A stretch of 64,000 nt of DNA from Gloeobacterales cyanobacterium (GCA_038245785.1 JBBRSB010000013.1:47982-111981); one strand, 5' to 3'. Counted from the first letter of the stretch, positions 40,382-52,935 are shown. The notes: generated by a model not told the origin, from the sequence alone. Translations and numbers: made by a program.

Positions 40382-42001
40382 GTGAATGTTACTTCGATTC
40401 TTCTGAAAGCCCTCAAGAGTGATGCCTATGCAGTGCGCTTAGAAGCGGTGAGGGCTTTGGGGGCTATCTACAGCAACCTTTCCTTGAAAGAAGAACGAAT
40501 CGTTACTAAAGCTTTGCTGGCTTTGACAGAAGATCCAGACCCAGAAGTTAGAGCTGCTGTTTTGCCTTTGCTAGGTCCAAAGGCGCTTAAGGTGTTGCTG
40601 AAACACTTAACAGACCCCGATCCATCCGTGCGTGATGCCTCAGTATCAGCGTTAGGTCAAGGAGGAGAAGAACTGCTTCCTGTCCTAGTTGAGCTTTTAA
40701 GCAGTCGGCATTCGGTAGAGCGCAGCGGTGCAGCGCGTGCGCTGGCGGATATGAAAGACCGAGCGATTATTCCGCTCTTGGAACAAGCTCGCTATGAAAA
40801 TCCCCAAGTTCGCGCAGCGGTATCCTATGCGCTAGGCCGTATTGATTCTTGCCAATGCTCTCAAGCTTTGACCACGCTCTTAGCCGACTCCAAGGTGGAG
40901 GTTCGTCTGGCTGCGGCTAGAGGGATCGGAGATGGAGGGCATCTACTCTTTGCTCCACTCCTCTTAGATCATATTTATGACCTGAGTCCTCGGGTGAGGG
41001 CTGCTACTGTGCGCTCCCTGGGCATCTTGGGATATCAGGAGATCCTGCCTGCGTTGCCCAGTCTGTTCAAAGACCGGGAGTGGCTGGTTCGTGAAGCGGT
41101 TGTTACCGCACTGAGCCGTTTAGATGGACAGGCCTACAGTGAGATTTTGGTAAAGGGCTTGGCCGATCCGATTGCGGCTGTTCGTGAATCCAGTGCCCAT
41201 GCTTTGAAGCAACTAGATTTGTTTGAAGAGGTTGCTCAATCGCTTTCCGGATTGAATCCAGAAGCCCAGGAAGTTCTTAGCCAACAATATGGCTGGTTGA
41301 GCGCTCCAGAAACAGTTCCACAATTGGTTTGTCTGCTGACAGAAAAGGTTTGGAGTGGGCGGGCCAAACAGCTCAGTAATTTATTACCTCGAACCTTGGG
41401 CAAGCACGGAACGCTGGAGAGTCCCCATGCCGCTATGCCCGAATCAACGACAAACAGACAAGAACCCTTGCCGGAGTTGGCGGAGCTTGTCACAGAACTG
41501 GTGCACACGCTGAAACAAAGCCCTGTAGTTCAAAAGCCTATTATCGCTACGGTCCTGGGCCAAATCTTAAGTCAGGGAGTATGCCCTCCAGGTGTTATAG
41601 AAGTCCTGAGCGACACGCTTGCTGAACTGAGTTTACCTTGGTCTACCCGTCTGGCGTGTGCCCGTGCTCTAGGGCAAGATCCATCTGGTCAAGCCATGCC
41701 TGCTTTGCAGAAAGCCTTAACACAGCAACCAGAACCACAGGTGAGAGCAAGCATCTTGAGTAGTCTAGGCCGTTTGGGCATCCAGGCCAGTTTTGACTGC
41801 ATACGTCAAACCTTGGATGATCCAGAACCCGTAGTCCAGATAGCGGCGATTGAAGCGTTGGGATGGCTTGGGGACGCCAGAGCTCTGGAAGACCTAGTTG
41901 CTTTTGTCTCCTCGGGCTTACCTGAAATCCAGGTAGCCGCCTGTAGAGCAATAGCACGCATCTTTTCTGCGCCTCATCAGCAGACTATGATCCACGAATA
42001 G
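40382..42001 (+). CDS. HEAT-repeat protein (PBS lyase-like repeats)
   Basis: Numerous D....VR.AA..ALG repeats. Confidence 0.85.
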   Translation: MNVTSILLKALKSDAYAVRLEAVRALGAIYSNLSLKEERIVTKALLALTEDPDPEVRAAVLPLLGPKALKVLLKHLTDPDPSVRDASVSALGQGGEELLPVLVELLSSRHSVERSGAARALADMKDRAIIPLLEQARYENPQVRAAVSYALGRIDSCQCSQALTTLLADSKVEVRLAAARGIGDGGHLLFAPLLLDHIYDLSPRVRAATVRSLGILGYQEILPALPSLFKDREWLVREAVVTALSRLDGQAYSEILVKGLADPIAAVRESSAHALKQLDLFEEVAQSLSGLNPEAQEVLSQQYGWLSAPETVPQLVCLLTEKVWSGRAKQLSNLLPRTLGKHGTLESPHAAMPESTTNRQEPLPELAELVTELVHTLKQSPVVQKPIIATVLGQILSQGVCPPGVIEVLSDTLAELSLPWSTRLACARALGQDPSGQAMPALQKALTQQPEPQVRASILSSLGRLGIQASFDCIRQTLDDPEPVVQIAAIEALGWLGDARALEDLVAFVSSGLPEIQVAACRAIARIFSAPHQQTMIHE

Positions 42002-42442
42002 CGCCGATGTAACTATCTGTAACATTTCTCATATTGACTCACTAGGCCAAAGGAAGACCAAAGGCTAAAGAGTTATGAGGAATGGAGATCAAGTGTTACT
42101 ATCAGCTCCTATGTTCATTTGTTCCTGTTATTTTCTCAAGAGGGGATCACCTGAGAGCAGGGTTTTCACCATTTAGAATACTTAAAGAACCTCGCCTGTA
42201 TTTCCTTTTGTAAAGCGAACCTGTACCCTGCAGTAGGGCTCTAAAACCTTGAAACTTAGATGGGATAGATATTAGGAGATATAGGATTTCTATCAAGCCG
42301 TCTGAATGTTCAGAGTGAACATTAAGTTTTTTGTAAAATCGGAACCACCGAAAAATAATCCTATATCGTTGTGTTCACGCGGAAGTGATCCCGATTACTT
42401 TCTGTAATTTTAGCCTTGCCCACCTCTACCGTGGATAAACCT

Positions 42443-42676
42443 ATGAACCTCACAGAACTCAAGTGCAAGCAAGTCCAGCCCCTGCCCGATACGCGGAATC
42501 ACCGTGGACAGTTTGTTGCTGAGGAGGAACACACAGTAGTCTCGGTGCTTCCCAATGGATGGGTCAAAATTTGTACAGAAGTCGGGCCAGATCATGAGGC
42601 TGGGTGCCACTTAGTAGATCCAGATGACCTGCATTTACTGCTACAGCAGCCAGAGAATCCCTATTGCTATCTCTAA
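42443..42676 (+). CDS. Small hypothetical protein
   Basis: 77-aa ORF filling the gap before a convergent hydrolase gene. Confidence 0.5.
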   Translation: MNLTELKCKQVQPLPDTRNHRGQFVAEEEHTVVSVLPNGWVKICTEVGPDHEAGCHLVDPDDLHLLLQQPENPYCYL

Positions 42677-42683
42677 AAAGTCC

Positions 42684-43544
42684 TTAGGGGCCAGAAGAAC
42701 CGCTTGATAAAAAAGAATAGGTAAGTTCCAGAAAGTCTTTGGGCTTTTCTAGGAAGCTAAGATGTCCCGCTCCAGGTAGTGTCCGCAAGACCGCCTGGGG
42801 CATGTTTTTTTCTAAGCGCGTTCCAAAAAGAGGAGAAATGACACGGTCTCCTTCTCCCCAGATGATCAGCGTGGGCGTGTAGATATTTTCATACATATCT
42901 ACCAGCACTTTTTCTGACGGCCAGCGGATAGAACGAAGAATAGCTTGTCCTCCTGAGAACATGGCGCGGCAGTCTGGGTCTAAACCCTTTAGAAAAAGCT
43001 TTATTTCTGAGGGTCTTAAAGGAGTGTCTCGATGATAATTCGAGCGCAGCACGGCTCGTGCGTATAGGTCGCGGGGAATGAGCGGGGCACAGAGGATAAT
43101 ACCCTCACCCAAGCCAGGCATCGCTAACCATTTTGTACCACCAGGAAAAGGCATGGGATAGCAGGCTGGGGCTGCTAAAACTAGACGATGGACACGCTCC
43201 GGATATTGGGAGGCAAAAGACAGTGCTACGGCTCCTCCCAAAGAAGCTCCGAGCAGAATAACTTCTTGCCAGCCGAAGCTATCTAATAGGTCCCGCAGCT
43301 GTTCTACCATCTTGGGCAGCACCTCGCCGTCGACCATATTTCCCCGCTTCTCAGAGAGGCCGCATTCTAGTAAATCGTAAGCAAGGACCTGATAATGTTC
43401 TGCAAGCCGAGTACTTACATAGTTCCACAGATTTAAAGTGGACATCAAACCATGAATTACCACTACCGGAGGGGCTTTTGCTGTCTTTCCTACCCTCTGG
43501 TAATGAGTTCGATAGCCTGCTGCATCAAGAAAGGTAAACATCAT
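42684..43544 (-). CDS. Alpha/beta hydrolase
   Basis: HG oxyanion, GASLGG nucleophile elbow, WGEGD and GH catalytic His. Confidence 0.9.
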   Translation of the reverse strand: MMFTFLDAAGYRTHYQRVGKTAKAPPVVVIHGLMSTLNLWNYVSTRLAEHYQVLAYDLLECGLSEKRGNMVDGEVLPKMVEQLRDLLDSFGWQEVILLGASLGGAVALSFASQYPERVHRLVLAAPACYPMPFPGGTKWLAMPGLGEGIILCAPLIPRDLYARAVLRSNYHRDTPLRPSEIKLFLKGLDPDCRAMFSGGQAILRSIRWPSEKVLVDMYENIYTPTLIIWGEGDRVISPLFGTRLEKNMPQAVLRTLPGAGHLSFLEKPKDFLELTYSFLSSGSSGP

Positions 43545-43643
43545 GGATAAATCTTGGACAAACTATATGCAGTGTAGGAAAATTTTGTTACGCTACAGCT
43601 AGTGAAAAGAAGCTGTACGTTTTCCCCCTCAAAGTATGACTAA

Positions 43644-43669
43644 GGCCGGATATTTCCGGTCTTTTTTTT
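43644..43669 (+). terminator. Intrinsic terminator in a divergent intergenic region (candidate sRNA 3' end)
   Basis: GGCCGGA-TATT-TCCGGTC followed by T8. Confidence 0.7.
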
Positions 43670-43752
43670 GTCATAAGTCTGACACTATAGAATATTGGAC
43701 TTGCTGTATACAACGATAGCAATACCTTTTATTGAGTGCTCAAGGAGATGCT

Positions 43753-44301
43753 ATGGACCTCAAAGATGCTGAAGACCGGATGAAGAAAGCCGTAGAGGCT
43801 GCTTCTCACAACTTCAATACTATTCGCACAGGGCGTGCCTCTGCCAGCCTTTTGGACCGAATTATGGTCTCCTACTATGAGGTTCCGACCCCTCTAAAAT
43901 CTTTAGCAACCGTAACCACACCCGATAGTTCTACGATTTTGATTCAACCCTTTGATAAATCCGTGATGCGCGATATCGAACGGGCCATTGCTGAATCGGA
44001 CGTGGGCCTGACGCCCAACAACGATGGGTCTACAATTCGACTCAATATCCCTGCACTCACGCAAGAGCGCCGTAGGGAATTGGTCAAAACGCTCAACACG
44101 CTGGCGGAAGAGAGCCGAGTCGGGGTGCGCAATATCCGTCGCGATGTCATTGACAGTATTCGCAAACAGGAAAAAAATGGAGAACTCTCGGAAGACACAG
44201 CCCGTGACCAACAAGACCAAGCACAGAAGCTAACGGTCAAGTACACAGAGCAAGTTGATAAACTCTTTGCCGCTAAAGAGCAGGAAATCATGAAAGTCTA
44301 G
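43753..44301 (+). CDS. frr: Ribosome recycling factor
   Basis: IRTGRA, I.PFD, P.NDG, P.LT.ERR and RNIRR; AAGGAG RBS before ATG 43753. Confidence 0.97.
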   Translation: MDLKDAEDRMKKAVEAASHNFNTIRTGRASASLLDRIMVSYYEVPTPLKSLATVTTPDSSTILIQPFDKSVMRDIERAIAESDVGLTPNNDGSTIRLNIPALTQERRRELVKTLNTLAEESRVGVRNIRRDVIDSIRKQEKNGELSEDTARDQQDQAQKLTVKYTEQVDKLFAAKEQEIMKV

Positions 44302-44318
44302 CAAGTGAGGTTGAGCAC

Positions 44319-45263
44319 GTGGCAGAGGAGTCTGATCTAGGACAGGTAGCCTATTTGCGGGGTGAATTTTTACCCTTGGCAAAGGCCACTCTGGATATAC
44401 GCACCCATGCATTCCTGTATGGAACATCGGTTTTTGAAGGAATTCGAGCCTATTGGGTAGCGGACCAGGGTCAAATCTTGGTTTTTCGGGCACAGGAACA
44501 CTATGCTCGCCTGGAGCGTAGCTGTAGAATTCTGCACCTACAGTGCCCTCTTAGTTTTGAACGAATCTTGGAGCTAACGGGAGAAATTCTACAGAAAAAT
44601 CAGTGTCAGAGTGATACCTATCTGCGTCCGATTGTCTATAAATCCGACCGACGCATTGATCCTTTTCTCAATACACCCGATACACAGGATGATTTTTGCC
44701 TTTTTACAGTACCTTTGCAGCAATACATTGACACTCAGAAGGGATTGCATCTAGGCATCTCTGCTTGGCGGCGTTTGGACGATAATATGATGCCTGCCCG
44801 TGCCAAAGTCAGTGGGGCCTATGTCAATTCAGCACTGGCTAAAACCGATGCCAAATTGTCTGGGTTTGATGATGCCATTCTTCTTTCTGAAGATGGACAC
44901 GTAGCAGAAGGTAGCGCCATGAATCTCTTCCTGGTGCGCGATGGACGCTTAATTACACCCTCGGTAACGAACAATATTCTCGAAGGAATTACTCGGGATA
45001 CTGTAATTCAGTTAGCAAAACAGGAACTAGGGCTAGAAGTAGAAGGACGTTCCATAGACCGGACCGAACTTTATATTGCCGATGAACTGTTTCTTTGTGG
45101 TACCGCTACCGAAATTGCTCCCGTCACCAAGGTAGATCATCGAGTAATTGGCAGTGGAAAAATGGGAGTGCTGACACAAAAACTGCAAGGACTCTATCAG
45201 CAAGTAGTACGCGGTAAACTGCCGCAATATCAGCACTGGCTGATGTCTATTCCTATAGGATGA
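44319..45263 (+). CDS. ilvE: Branched-chain amino acid aminotransferase
   Basis: YGTSVFEGIRAY, YLRP, AKVSGAY.NS, EGSAMN, LEGITR and GTA.EI. Confidence 0.93.
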   Translation: MAEESDLGQVAYLRGEFLPLAKATLDIRTHAFLYGTSVFEGIRAYWVADQGQILVFRAQEHYARLERSCRILHLQCPLSFERILELTGEILQKNQCQSDTYLRPIVYKSDRRIDPFLNTPDTQDDFCLFTVPLQQYIDTQKGLHLGISAWRRLDDNMMPARAKVSGAYVNSALAKTDAKLSGFDDAILLSEDGHVAEGSAMNLFLVRDGRLITPSVTNNILEGITRDTVIQLAKQELGLEVEGRSIDRTELYIADELFLCGTATEIAPVTKVDHRVIGSGKMGVLTQKLQGLYQQVVRGKLPQYQHWLMSIPIG

Positions 45264-45358
45264 TTTTGTGGCGATTCATAGGAACGACGCAGTCCCGCAA
45301 ACAGAACTTAGTATCCCGTACGTTAGCATAGTAAATATAACGGTTCTGGGATTTCTAG

Positions 45359-46111
45359 ATGACCGCACTTTCTGACTCCATAAAAAAAGCAGTTTCGACG
45401 AGTGTCTACAAAGCCCCACCTAAAGCTATGTCTTGGATAGAGTCTCTAAGTGAATTTTTGGGTGATACGGTCAGCAAAACCAAAGAGAACTGGCTTTCTC
45501 GACTGTTAACCAAGTATTTGGGAGCCAACTGGCTGTTAGATCTGTTGGAGAAGGTGGATATTCATAAGGCGCGCAAACGGGTTGCTAAAGTCCAGCGAGC
45601 TTATCCCAACGAATCTCCAGCACAAATCAGCCAACGAATGATTTGGAGTAAAGCTAAATACCTCGGAGGCATCGGTTTTGCTTCAGGACTCGTGCCACCA
45701 GGTTTGAATGTGCCCTTTATCGTGCTGGATGTGATCACCACCGTCGTTGTCCAGATGGAGCTTGTCTATGAAATTGCTGCAGCCCATGGTTTGGACCTAG
45801 AAGCTCCAGAGCGAAAGGGTGAGCTAGTGCTGGTTATGGCGGTCGGCGCAGGCTCAGACCGAGCAGTAAATGCAGGGTTACGTGTATTTGAGCGGAAAGT
45901 CACGCCTGTGCTGCTAGAGCAACTGGCTAAAGTGCTTGGGGGCAAGTTAGCCGAGAAATTTGTGACCCGTTCGATTCCCTTGATTGGTGCAGTCCTGGGT
46001 GCTGGCGCAAACATTACGTTCTTATATGCGTTAGGGAAAACAGCAGTCCAGTTTTACAGCCAAAAGGGACTGGTGCTGGAGGAAGCCGCGCTGACTTTGG
46101 ACGTGAAGTAA
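45359..46111 (+). CDS. EcsC-family protein
   Basis: YEIAAA.G.D and IPLIGAVLGAG.N. Confidence 0.75.
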   Translation: MTALSDSIKKAVSTSVYKAPPKAMSWIESLSEFLGDTVSKTKENWLSRLLTKYLGANWLLDLLEKVDIHKARKRVAKVQRAYPNESPAQISQRMIWSKAKYLGGIGFASGLVPPGLNVPFIVLDVITTVVVQMELVYEIAAAHGLDLEAPERKGELVLVMAVGAGSDRAVNAGLRVFERKVTPVLLEQLAKVLGGKLAEKFVTRSIPLIGAVLGAGANITFLYALGKTAVQFYSQKGLVLEEAALTLDVK

Positions 46112-46147
46112 CGCTAGGCTTAAGAAATCAACAGTTCAGGCAGGGAA

Positions 46148-46372
46148 ATGGCAGTAGTGCGGTGGACGGATGAAATGCTTGATCGGCTAGCATCGCAGAC
46201 CCAAGGAAACGCAGACCAGCAAACGGTTCTTATTGAGCAAATTAAGGGCTTGGTGAGGGTTGCGAACATCCAGCAAGACGTAATGGCTCAATTGAGCCTT
46301 GATATGCGCGGCCTGCAGCTAGAAGTTAGGCGCTTAATTGAGCGCATGGACCGTATGGACGGTGGGCCATAG
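46148..46372 (+). CDS. Hypothetical coiled-coil protein
   Basis: 74-aa ORF (RWTDEMLDRLA..., MRGLQ.E.RR). Confidence 0.6.
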   Translation: MAVVRWTDEMLDRLASQTQGNADQQTVLIEQIKGLVRVANIQQDVMAQLSLDMRGLQLEVRRLIERMDRMDGGP

Positions 46373-46403
46373 TGACCCTCATCGATTGATATAGGATAAG
46401 AAC

Positions 46404-47015
46404 ATGATTGCTCCCGCTGGGCATAGCGCCGTCGACGCCTTGATCACTGAAGAACCAGAGTTTGTTTTGCGCTGGACGGTTAAAGAATTCCACCATCTAG
46501 CTCAAGCCAATATTCTTGACCCTGACAAACGCACCGAGCTAATAGCAGGACAAATACTTTTAATGGCTGCCAAAGGAACCCCGCACGTAATCGCTCTTGC
46601 ATTATTGGCGGATCTGCTTAAAACTCTATTAGGGTCGCAAGTACTAGTCCGCACGCAAGACCCTGTACAGTTAGATGATTATTCAGAACCAGAACCAGAT
46701 CTAGCCATTGTGCGCGGAGGTTTACTAGATTATCTAGAGCATCATCCACAACCGACAGACATCCTCTTCATTGCAGAAATAGCAGATTCCACCTTGAAAC
46801 GAGACTGCGAAGTTAAAGATAAGGTCTATGCCCAGGCTGGGATTCCAGATTATTGGGTCCTTGATGTCAAAAAACGAAAGCTCCACATTTATCGAGAGCC
46901 AACTCCCAGTGGCTATGCTTATCATCTGATTTGTAGTGAGCCTAGCGAAGTCGCACTGCTTGCCTTCCCAGAAATAACGGTACCGCTTTCAGATATATTG
47001 CCCCCAAGAAGTTGA
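46404..47015 (+). CDS. Uma2-family endonuclease
   Basis: ELI.G, EPEPDL, EIADSTL..D and K...YA.AGIPDYW. Confidence 0.93.
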   Translation: MIAPAGHSAVDALITEEPEFVLRWTVKEFHHLAQANILDPDKRTELIAGQILLMAAKGTPHVIALALLADLLKTLLGSQVLVRTQDPVQLDDYSEPEPDLAIVRGGLLDYLEHHPQPTDILFIAEIADSTLKRDCEVKDKVYAQAGIPDYWVLDVKKRKLHIYREPTPSGYAYHLICSEPSEVALLAFPEITVPLSDILPPRS

Positions 47016-47089
47016 GTATCTAAACTAGGTTTCCGCTGCTTCAAAGACAGCTCCAGCATTGTAGATAATAACCTAAAGTCTGGATGCTT

Positions 47090-47126
47090 TCCTTAGACCC
47101 TACAAGGGATTAGGTTGCTTTGGAAT
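47090..47126 (-). CRISPR. Single degenerate type I-D-like CRISPR repeat (no array)
   Basis: The minus strand reads ATTCCAAAGCAACCTAATCCCTTGTAGGGTCTAAGGA (37 nt), resembling cyanobacterial I-D repeats ATTGCAA...TAATCCC-N-GGGATTGAAAC with a decayed 3' end. Confidence 0.65.
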
Positions 47127-47128
47127 AA

Positions 47129-47521
47129 TATTTAGACTGCTGGTGCGAAGAAACCGACGGCAACCAAGATATTCCAGAACTGATTCACAACTGGTGTTTA
47201 CGCCTAGACCGTATCCCGGAAGCAGCAATCATCCCCATAGAACGTGACTGGCTTTCTGGCCTGGACTACACAGAAGTTGAAATGCATCTATTTGGTGGTT
47301 TGGCCTTTGCCTATCAAGCCAAAATGGAAGATGCCATTAATGAATGGATGCCCAATCAGCCCCAAGTTCGCAGGGTCATTAAACGGGTCTCCCAAACCTT
47401 TTGGCTAACCCGTGAAATATTGGCCTATGGCCCTGACTGTGTCGTGCTCTCTCCCCAGAGCCTACGCCAACGCATTCAGGAAAAACTGACAGCGGTTCAA
47501 AACCGCTATCAAGAGACCTAA
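47129..47521 (+). pseudogene. WYL/WCX-domain regulator (CRISPR-associated, Sll7009-like), 3' half only
   Basis: Reads YLDCWCEETDGNQDIPELIHNWCLRLDRI...FW..REIL.YG.DC.V.SP..LR; preceded by TAA with no N-terminal half. Confidence 0.85.
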
Positions 47522-47602
47522 ACGATTATCCGAAAGTGACCACAAGCCCCTTCCCCAAACCTCTCCTCTGCCAACACTTGGGAAATAAGATTGAGTCCTA
47601 AA

Positions 47603-48040
47603 CTATGGAGCATTTTGAGACTCCATATATTTTTGGACTTGCTGAATATACTCTGGATAGATTTCTAAAGCCATACGAATAGATTGAAAAACAATATATG
47701 GGTCAATATCCTCGTACTCGTGGACCAAGCGATTACGGAGACCAGCAGAAGGTGCTAATTTCGTGGCTAATTCTGGAGTGATGATGCCATTACGACCGAC
47801 TTCGATGAAGGAGTTGAAGTAGGTTTCAGGGGGTGGTTGACCAGAAGCAGTCAAAAGATAAGTATTGGCATCTGCTGCGGCTTCAACGATGAGGTGCAGT
47901 AGGCGTTCAGTAATGAGTTGCTGTTCAAAGTCACTCGTATAAGTCTGTATGTCCAGCATGGCACGAGGCTGTAGAGCATTGAGATATTTGGTAATGGCCC
48001 GTAATTTGCGCGTAATTATGGCACGGTCGATAGAAGTCAT
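47603..48040 (-). CDS. hepT: HEPN RNase toxin (HepT/DUF86)
   Basis: ER.L...VEA..D and RNRLVHEY (RX4HXY); 4-bp overlap with the MNT gene. Confidence 0.92.
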   Translation of the reverse strand: MTSIDRAIITRKLRAITKYLNALQPRAMLDIQTYTSDFEQQLITERLLHLIVEAAADANTYLLTASGQPPPETYFNSFIEVGRNGIITPELATKLAPSAGLRNRLVHEYEDIDPYIVFQSIRMALEIYPEYIQQVQKYMESQNAP

Positions 48041-48468
48041 TGCTTCAATCGCTCCAAGCTTCGGTGGATATAATCCTCCTGAGCATGTCGGAATTTGGCT
48101 GTATCCGCATATATTTTCCAAGCTTTAAGCTGAAACTTGAGAAATAGTTCTGGTTCTATTTCATAGAGGAGTTGTCCCTCTCTCGCTACTACATAGCCCA
48201 GTAGGGGAGAACAGTGGTGGAGATTCACAAGGTCAATACGATCACTAGAAACTTGAAGAATATGCCCCAGTTTTTCATAAAGGGCTAGTTCTTCCCAGCT
48301 ATTCGCAGATGATTCGTGAGTCAAAATAGCCAAGTCCCAATCACTCTTTTCTGTAGCTTTTTGTTTGGCACGTGAACCAAAAAGAACTAAGAGCCTCAGA
48401 CTAGGAATTTCTTGAGCAACTTGTGCCGCTATTACTTTGGGATTTGAAAGATTAGAATTTGAAATCAT
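48037..48468 (-). CDS. mntA: Minimal nucleotidyltransferase antitoxin (MntA)
   Basis: LFGSRA......SDWDLA (GSX10DXD), IDLVNL and G.LLYE. Confidence 0.92.
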   Translation of the reverse strand: MISNSNLSNPKVIAAQVAQEIPSLRLLVLFGSRAKQKATEKSDWDLAILTHESSANSWEELALYEKLGHILQVSSDRIDLVNLHHCSPLLGYVVAREGQLLYEIEPELFLKFQLKAWKIYADTAKFRHAQEDYIHRSLERLKQ

Positions 48469-48631
48469 TTCAGTGAGAGAGACTATAGAAAAGCCTGGAT
48501 ACAATGGGGCAAACAATCTCGCATTGACCAATCAAAACTCCCTAAGGACCAATGACTGCTGAAGAACTAACGAGGCTCAGACAACAGCAAGCAGCTTAAC
48601 CTCGCTGTCTACTTTTGCAGACAAGCTCAGG

Positions 48632-50356
<1,725 letters not shown>

Positions 50357-50359
50357 CTA

Positions 50360-51013
50360 TTATAGTGGGGCGGCAGAACCTCCTACTTCTTTTAGAGTTC
50401 CATTTTCTCCCTGGACCATCCATCGGAGGAGCGATGGGTTCAGTAAATAAATCATTCCCTCACGCACTTCAATCAGCCCCTGGCTTGATAAGCGGCCCAG
50501 AAGGCGCGTCACAGCAGTACGGCTATGGCCAATTAGTTGGGCGAGAATGCGGTGGGTAAGCTTTGGGAATATCTGGATGGTAGCTCCATCAGGACGACCG
50601 TAGGAATCTCCCAACAGTAGCAAGAGGCCCATCAATCGCTGGCTGGCTAGAGGATATTGCAGTAAACAGATCATTCTATGGTCCCATTCTGCACGCCGGA
50701 GTAGCCCTTGAGCTACTTGTTGACTACAGTCTGCATCTCTGAGATTGATGCGGGGTACTTGCCAAAATTCAAAATCTTGTAGCGCGTAGGCCGTTATGTC
50801 CATAGGCTCATAGCCAAACGCCATGCCGGTTCCTAAAATTCCCAACGGCATCGGGGTCCCTTTCCCTTGAGCATGGGGGTAAGGGTGAGAGAGTAGGGCA
50901 TAGCCCGATTGCACAATGCGAACCACTCCGGAGATTAAGGGCAGTTTTAAGCCCGTCGTAATCCGGTGTAGAGAAGATTCTAAACAAGAGGCAGGAGTGG
51001 TTACAGCATTCAT
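50360..51013 (-). CDS. Crp/Fnr-family transcriptional regulator
   Basis: C-terminal HTH LTH..LAQLIG.SR.AVTRLLG.L. Confidence 0.8.
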   Translation of the reverse strand: MNAVTTPASCLESSLHRITTGLKLPLISGVVRIVQSGYALLSHPYPHAQGKGTPMPLGILGTGMAFGYEPMDITAYALQDFEFWQVPRINLRDADCSQQVAQGLLRRAEWDHRMICLLQYPLASQRLMGLLLLLGDSYGRPDGATIQIFPKLTHRILAQLIGHSRTAVTRLLGRLSSQGLIEVREGMIYLLNPSLLRWMVQGENGTLKEVGGSAAPL

Positions 51014-51132
51014 GGAGATAGGTTGTCCAGGGCCATATAAATTATGGACGTTTAAATAGGAGAAACGTTCACGCTATATGTAAAGTCACTGTAAAGTCTC
51101 TAAGCAATTATTCTAGAGAGAATCCTTATTTA

Positions 51133-52071
51133 GTGACCATGCACGTTGCTTGCACCGGGGGAGCCCTCATTGATGTGTTGGTTCATCCTTTAAACCAGCT
51201 ACCTTTACCAGGAAAATCTGCGCTAGCAGAGGACATTCAGATCTTTCCAGGGGGTTGTGGCGTAAACACCGCTATTCTGCTTGCCCGTCTTGGCATTGAT
51301 ACGCATTTTTGGGGACGGATTGGCAATGACCGACTGGGCCGTTTTCTCCTCAACCAGTTAGACCAAGAGGGGATCGATGTCGAGAATTTAATTTTAGACG
51401 ATACGCTCCACACTAAAGCATCTTTGCTTGCCGTGCACACCGGAGGAGATTATAGCCTTGTGCGCACCCCTGCAGTCGGTAATGCTCTGAATAAAGACGA
51501 TCTGTCTCTTTTTGATCTGGAGAGTATCCAAATAATGCATTTTGGCGGTATTTACTCTCTTAAGAATCTGCTGGGAGAAGACCTTAAACAGTACTGTATG
51601 GAGCTTAAAAATCAGGAAATCGTGATCACGATGGATACCGTGTGGACACACGATAAGAACTGGGATGCAATTGTGGCCGCTCTGCCCTATGTGGATTTTT
51701 TCCTGCCTAGCCTCGATGAAGCGAAAGCGCTCACTGGGAAATCGACGCCTCAAGCTATTGCCCGCAGCCTGCGCAAGGTTGGTGTCCCGATTGTAGTAGT
51801 CAAGTTAGGGATAGAAGGGGCCTATCTTTCCTATGGCACCCAGGAAGGCCTGATTCCCGCTTTCCCCATTGCTCGTAACAAGGTAGTTGATACTACAGGG
51901 GCAGGAGATGCTTTTTGCGCTGGTTTCATCGCAGCATTGGTCGCCGATAAAACTATTCCAGAAGCGGTGACTTGGGGACATGGAGCAGGGGCTCTAGCGG
52001 TCCAAGCGCTTGGAGCCACATCGGGTATCCGCAATCGCAAGCAATTGATGATGCAGATACAGACGAGTTAA
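51133..52071 (+). CDS. PfkB/ribokinase-family carbohydrate kinase
   Basis: PGGCG.N.A, G.IG.D..G, KLG..GA and VDTTGAGDAF. Confidence 0.93.
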   Translation: MTMHVACTGGALIDVLVHPLNQLPLPGKSALAEDIQIFPGGCGVNTAILLARLGIDTHFWGRIGNDRLGRFLLNQLDQEGIDVENLILDDTLHTKASLLAVHTGGDYSLVRTPAVGNALNKDDLSLFDLESIQIMHFGGIYSLKNLLGEDLKQYCMELKNQEIVITMDTVWTHDKNWDAIVAALPYVDFFLPSLDEAKALTGKSTPQAIARSLRKVGVPIVVVKLGIEGAYLSYGTQEGLIPAFPIARNKVVDTTGAGDAFCAGFIAALVADKTIPEAVTWGHGAGALAVQALGATSGIRNRKQLMMQIQTS

Positions 52072-52103
52072 CGGGCAATAACTGATGAGAGAATAGGGCC
52101 TGA

Positions 52104-52859
<756 letters not shown>

Positions 52860-52935
52860 GTAAAGACAAAAAATGACCACCATCTAAGCAGAATGCTGTT
52901 TTGATGATCAGTAACCGCTAGAGCGTTGTTATCTC

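Noticed and set aside
47012..47126. A two-repeat CRISPR array
   Set aside because: The upstream segment (47012-47048) does not match the 47090-47126 repeat, so only one repeat is supportable.
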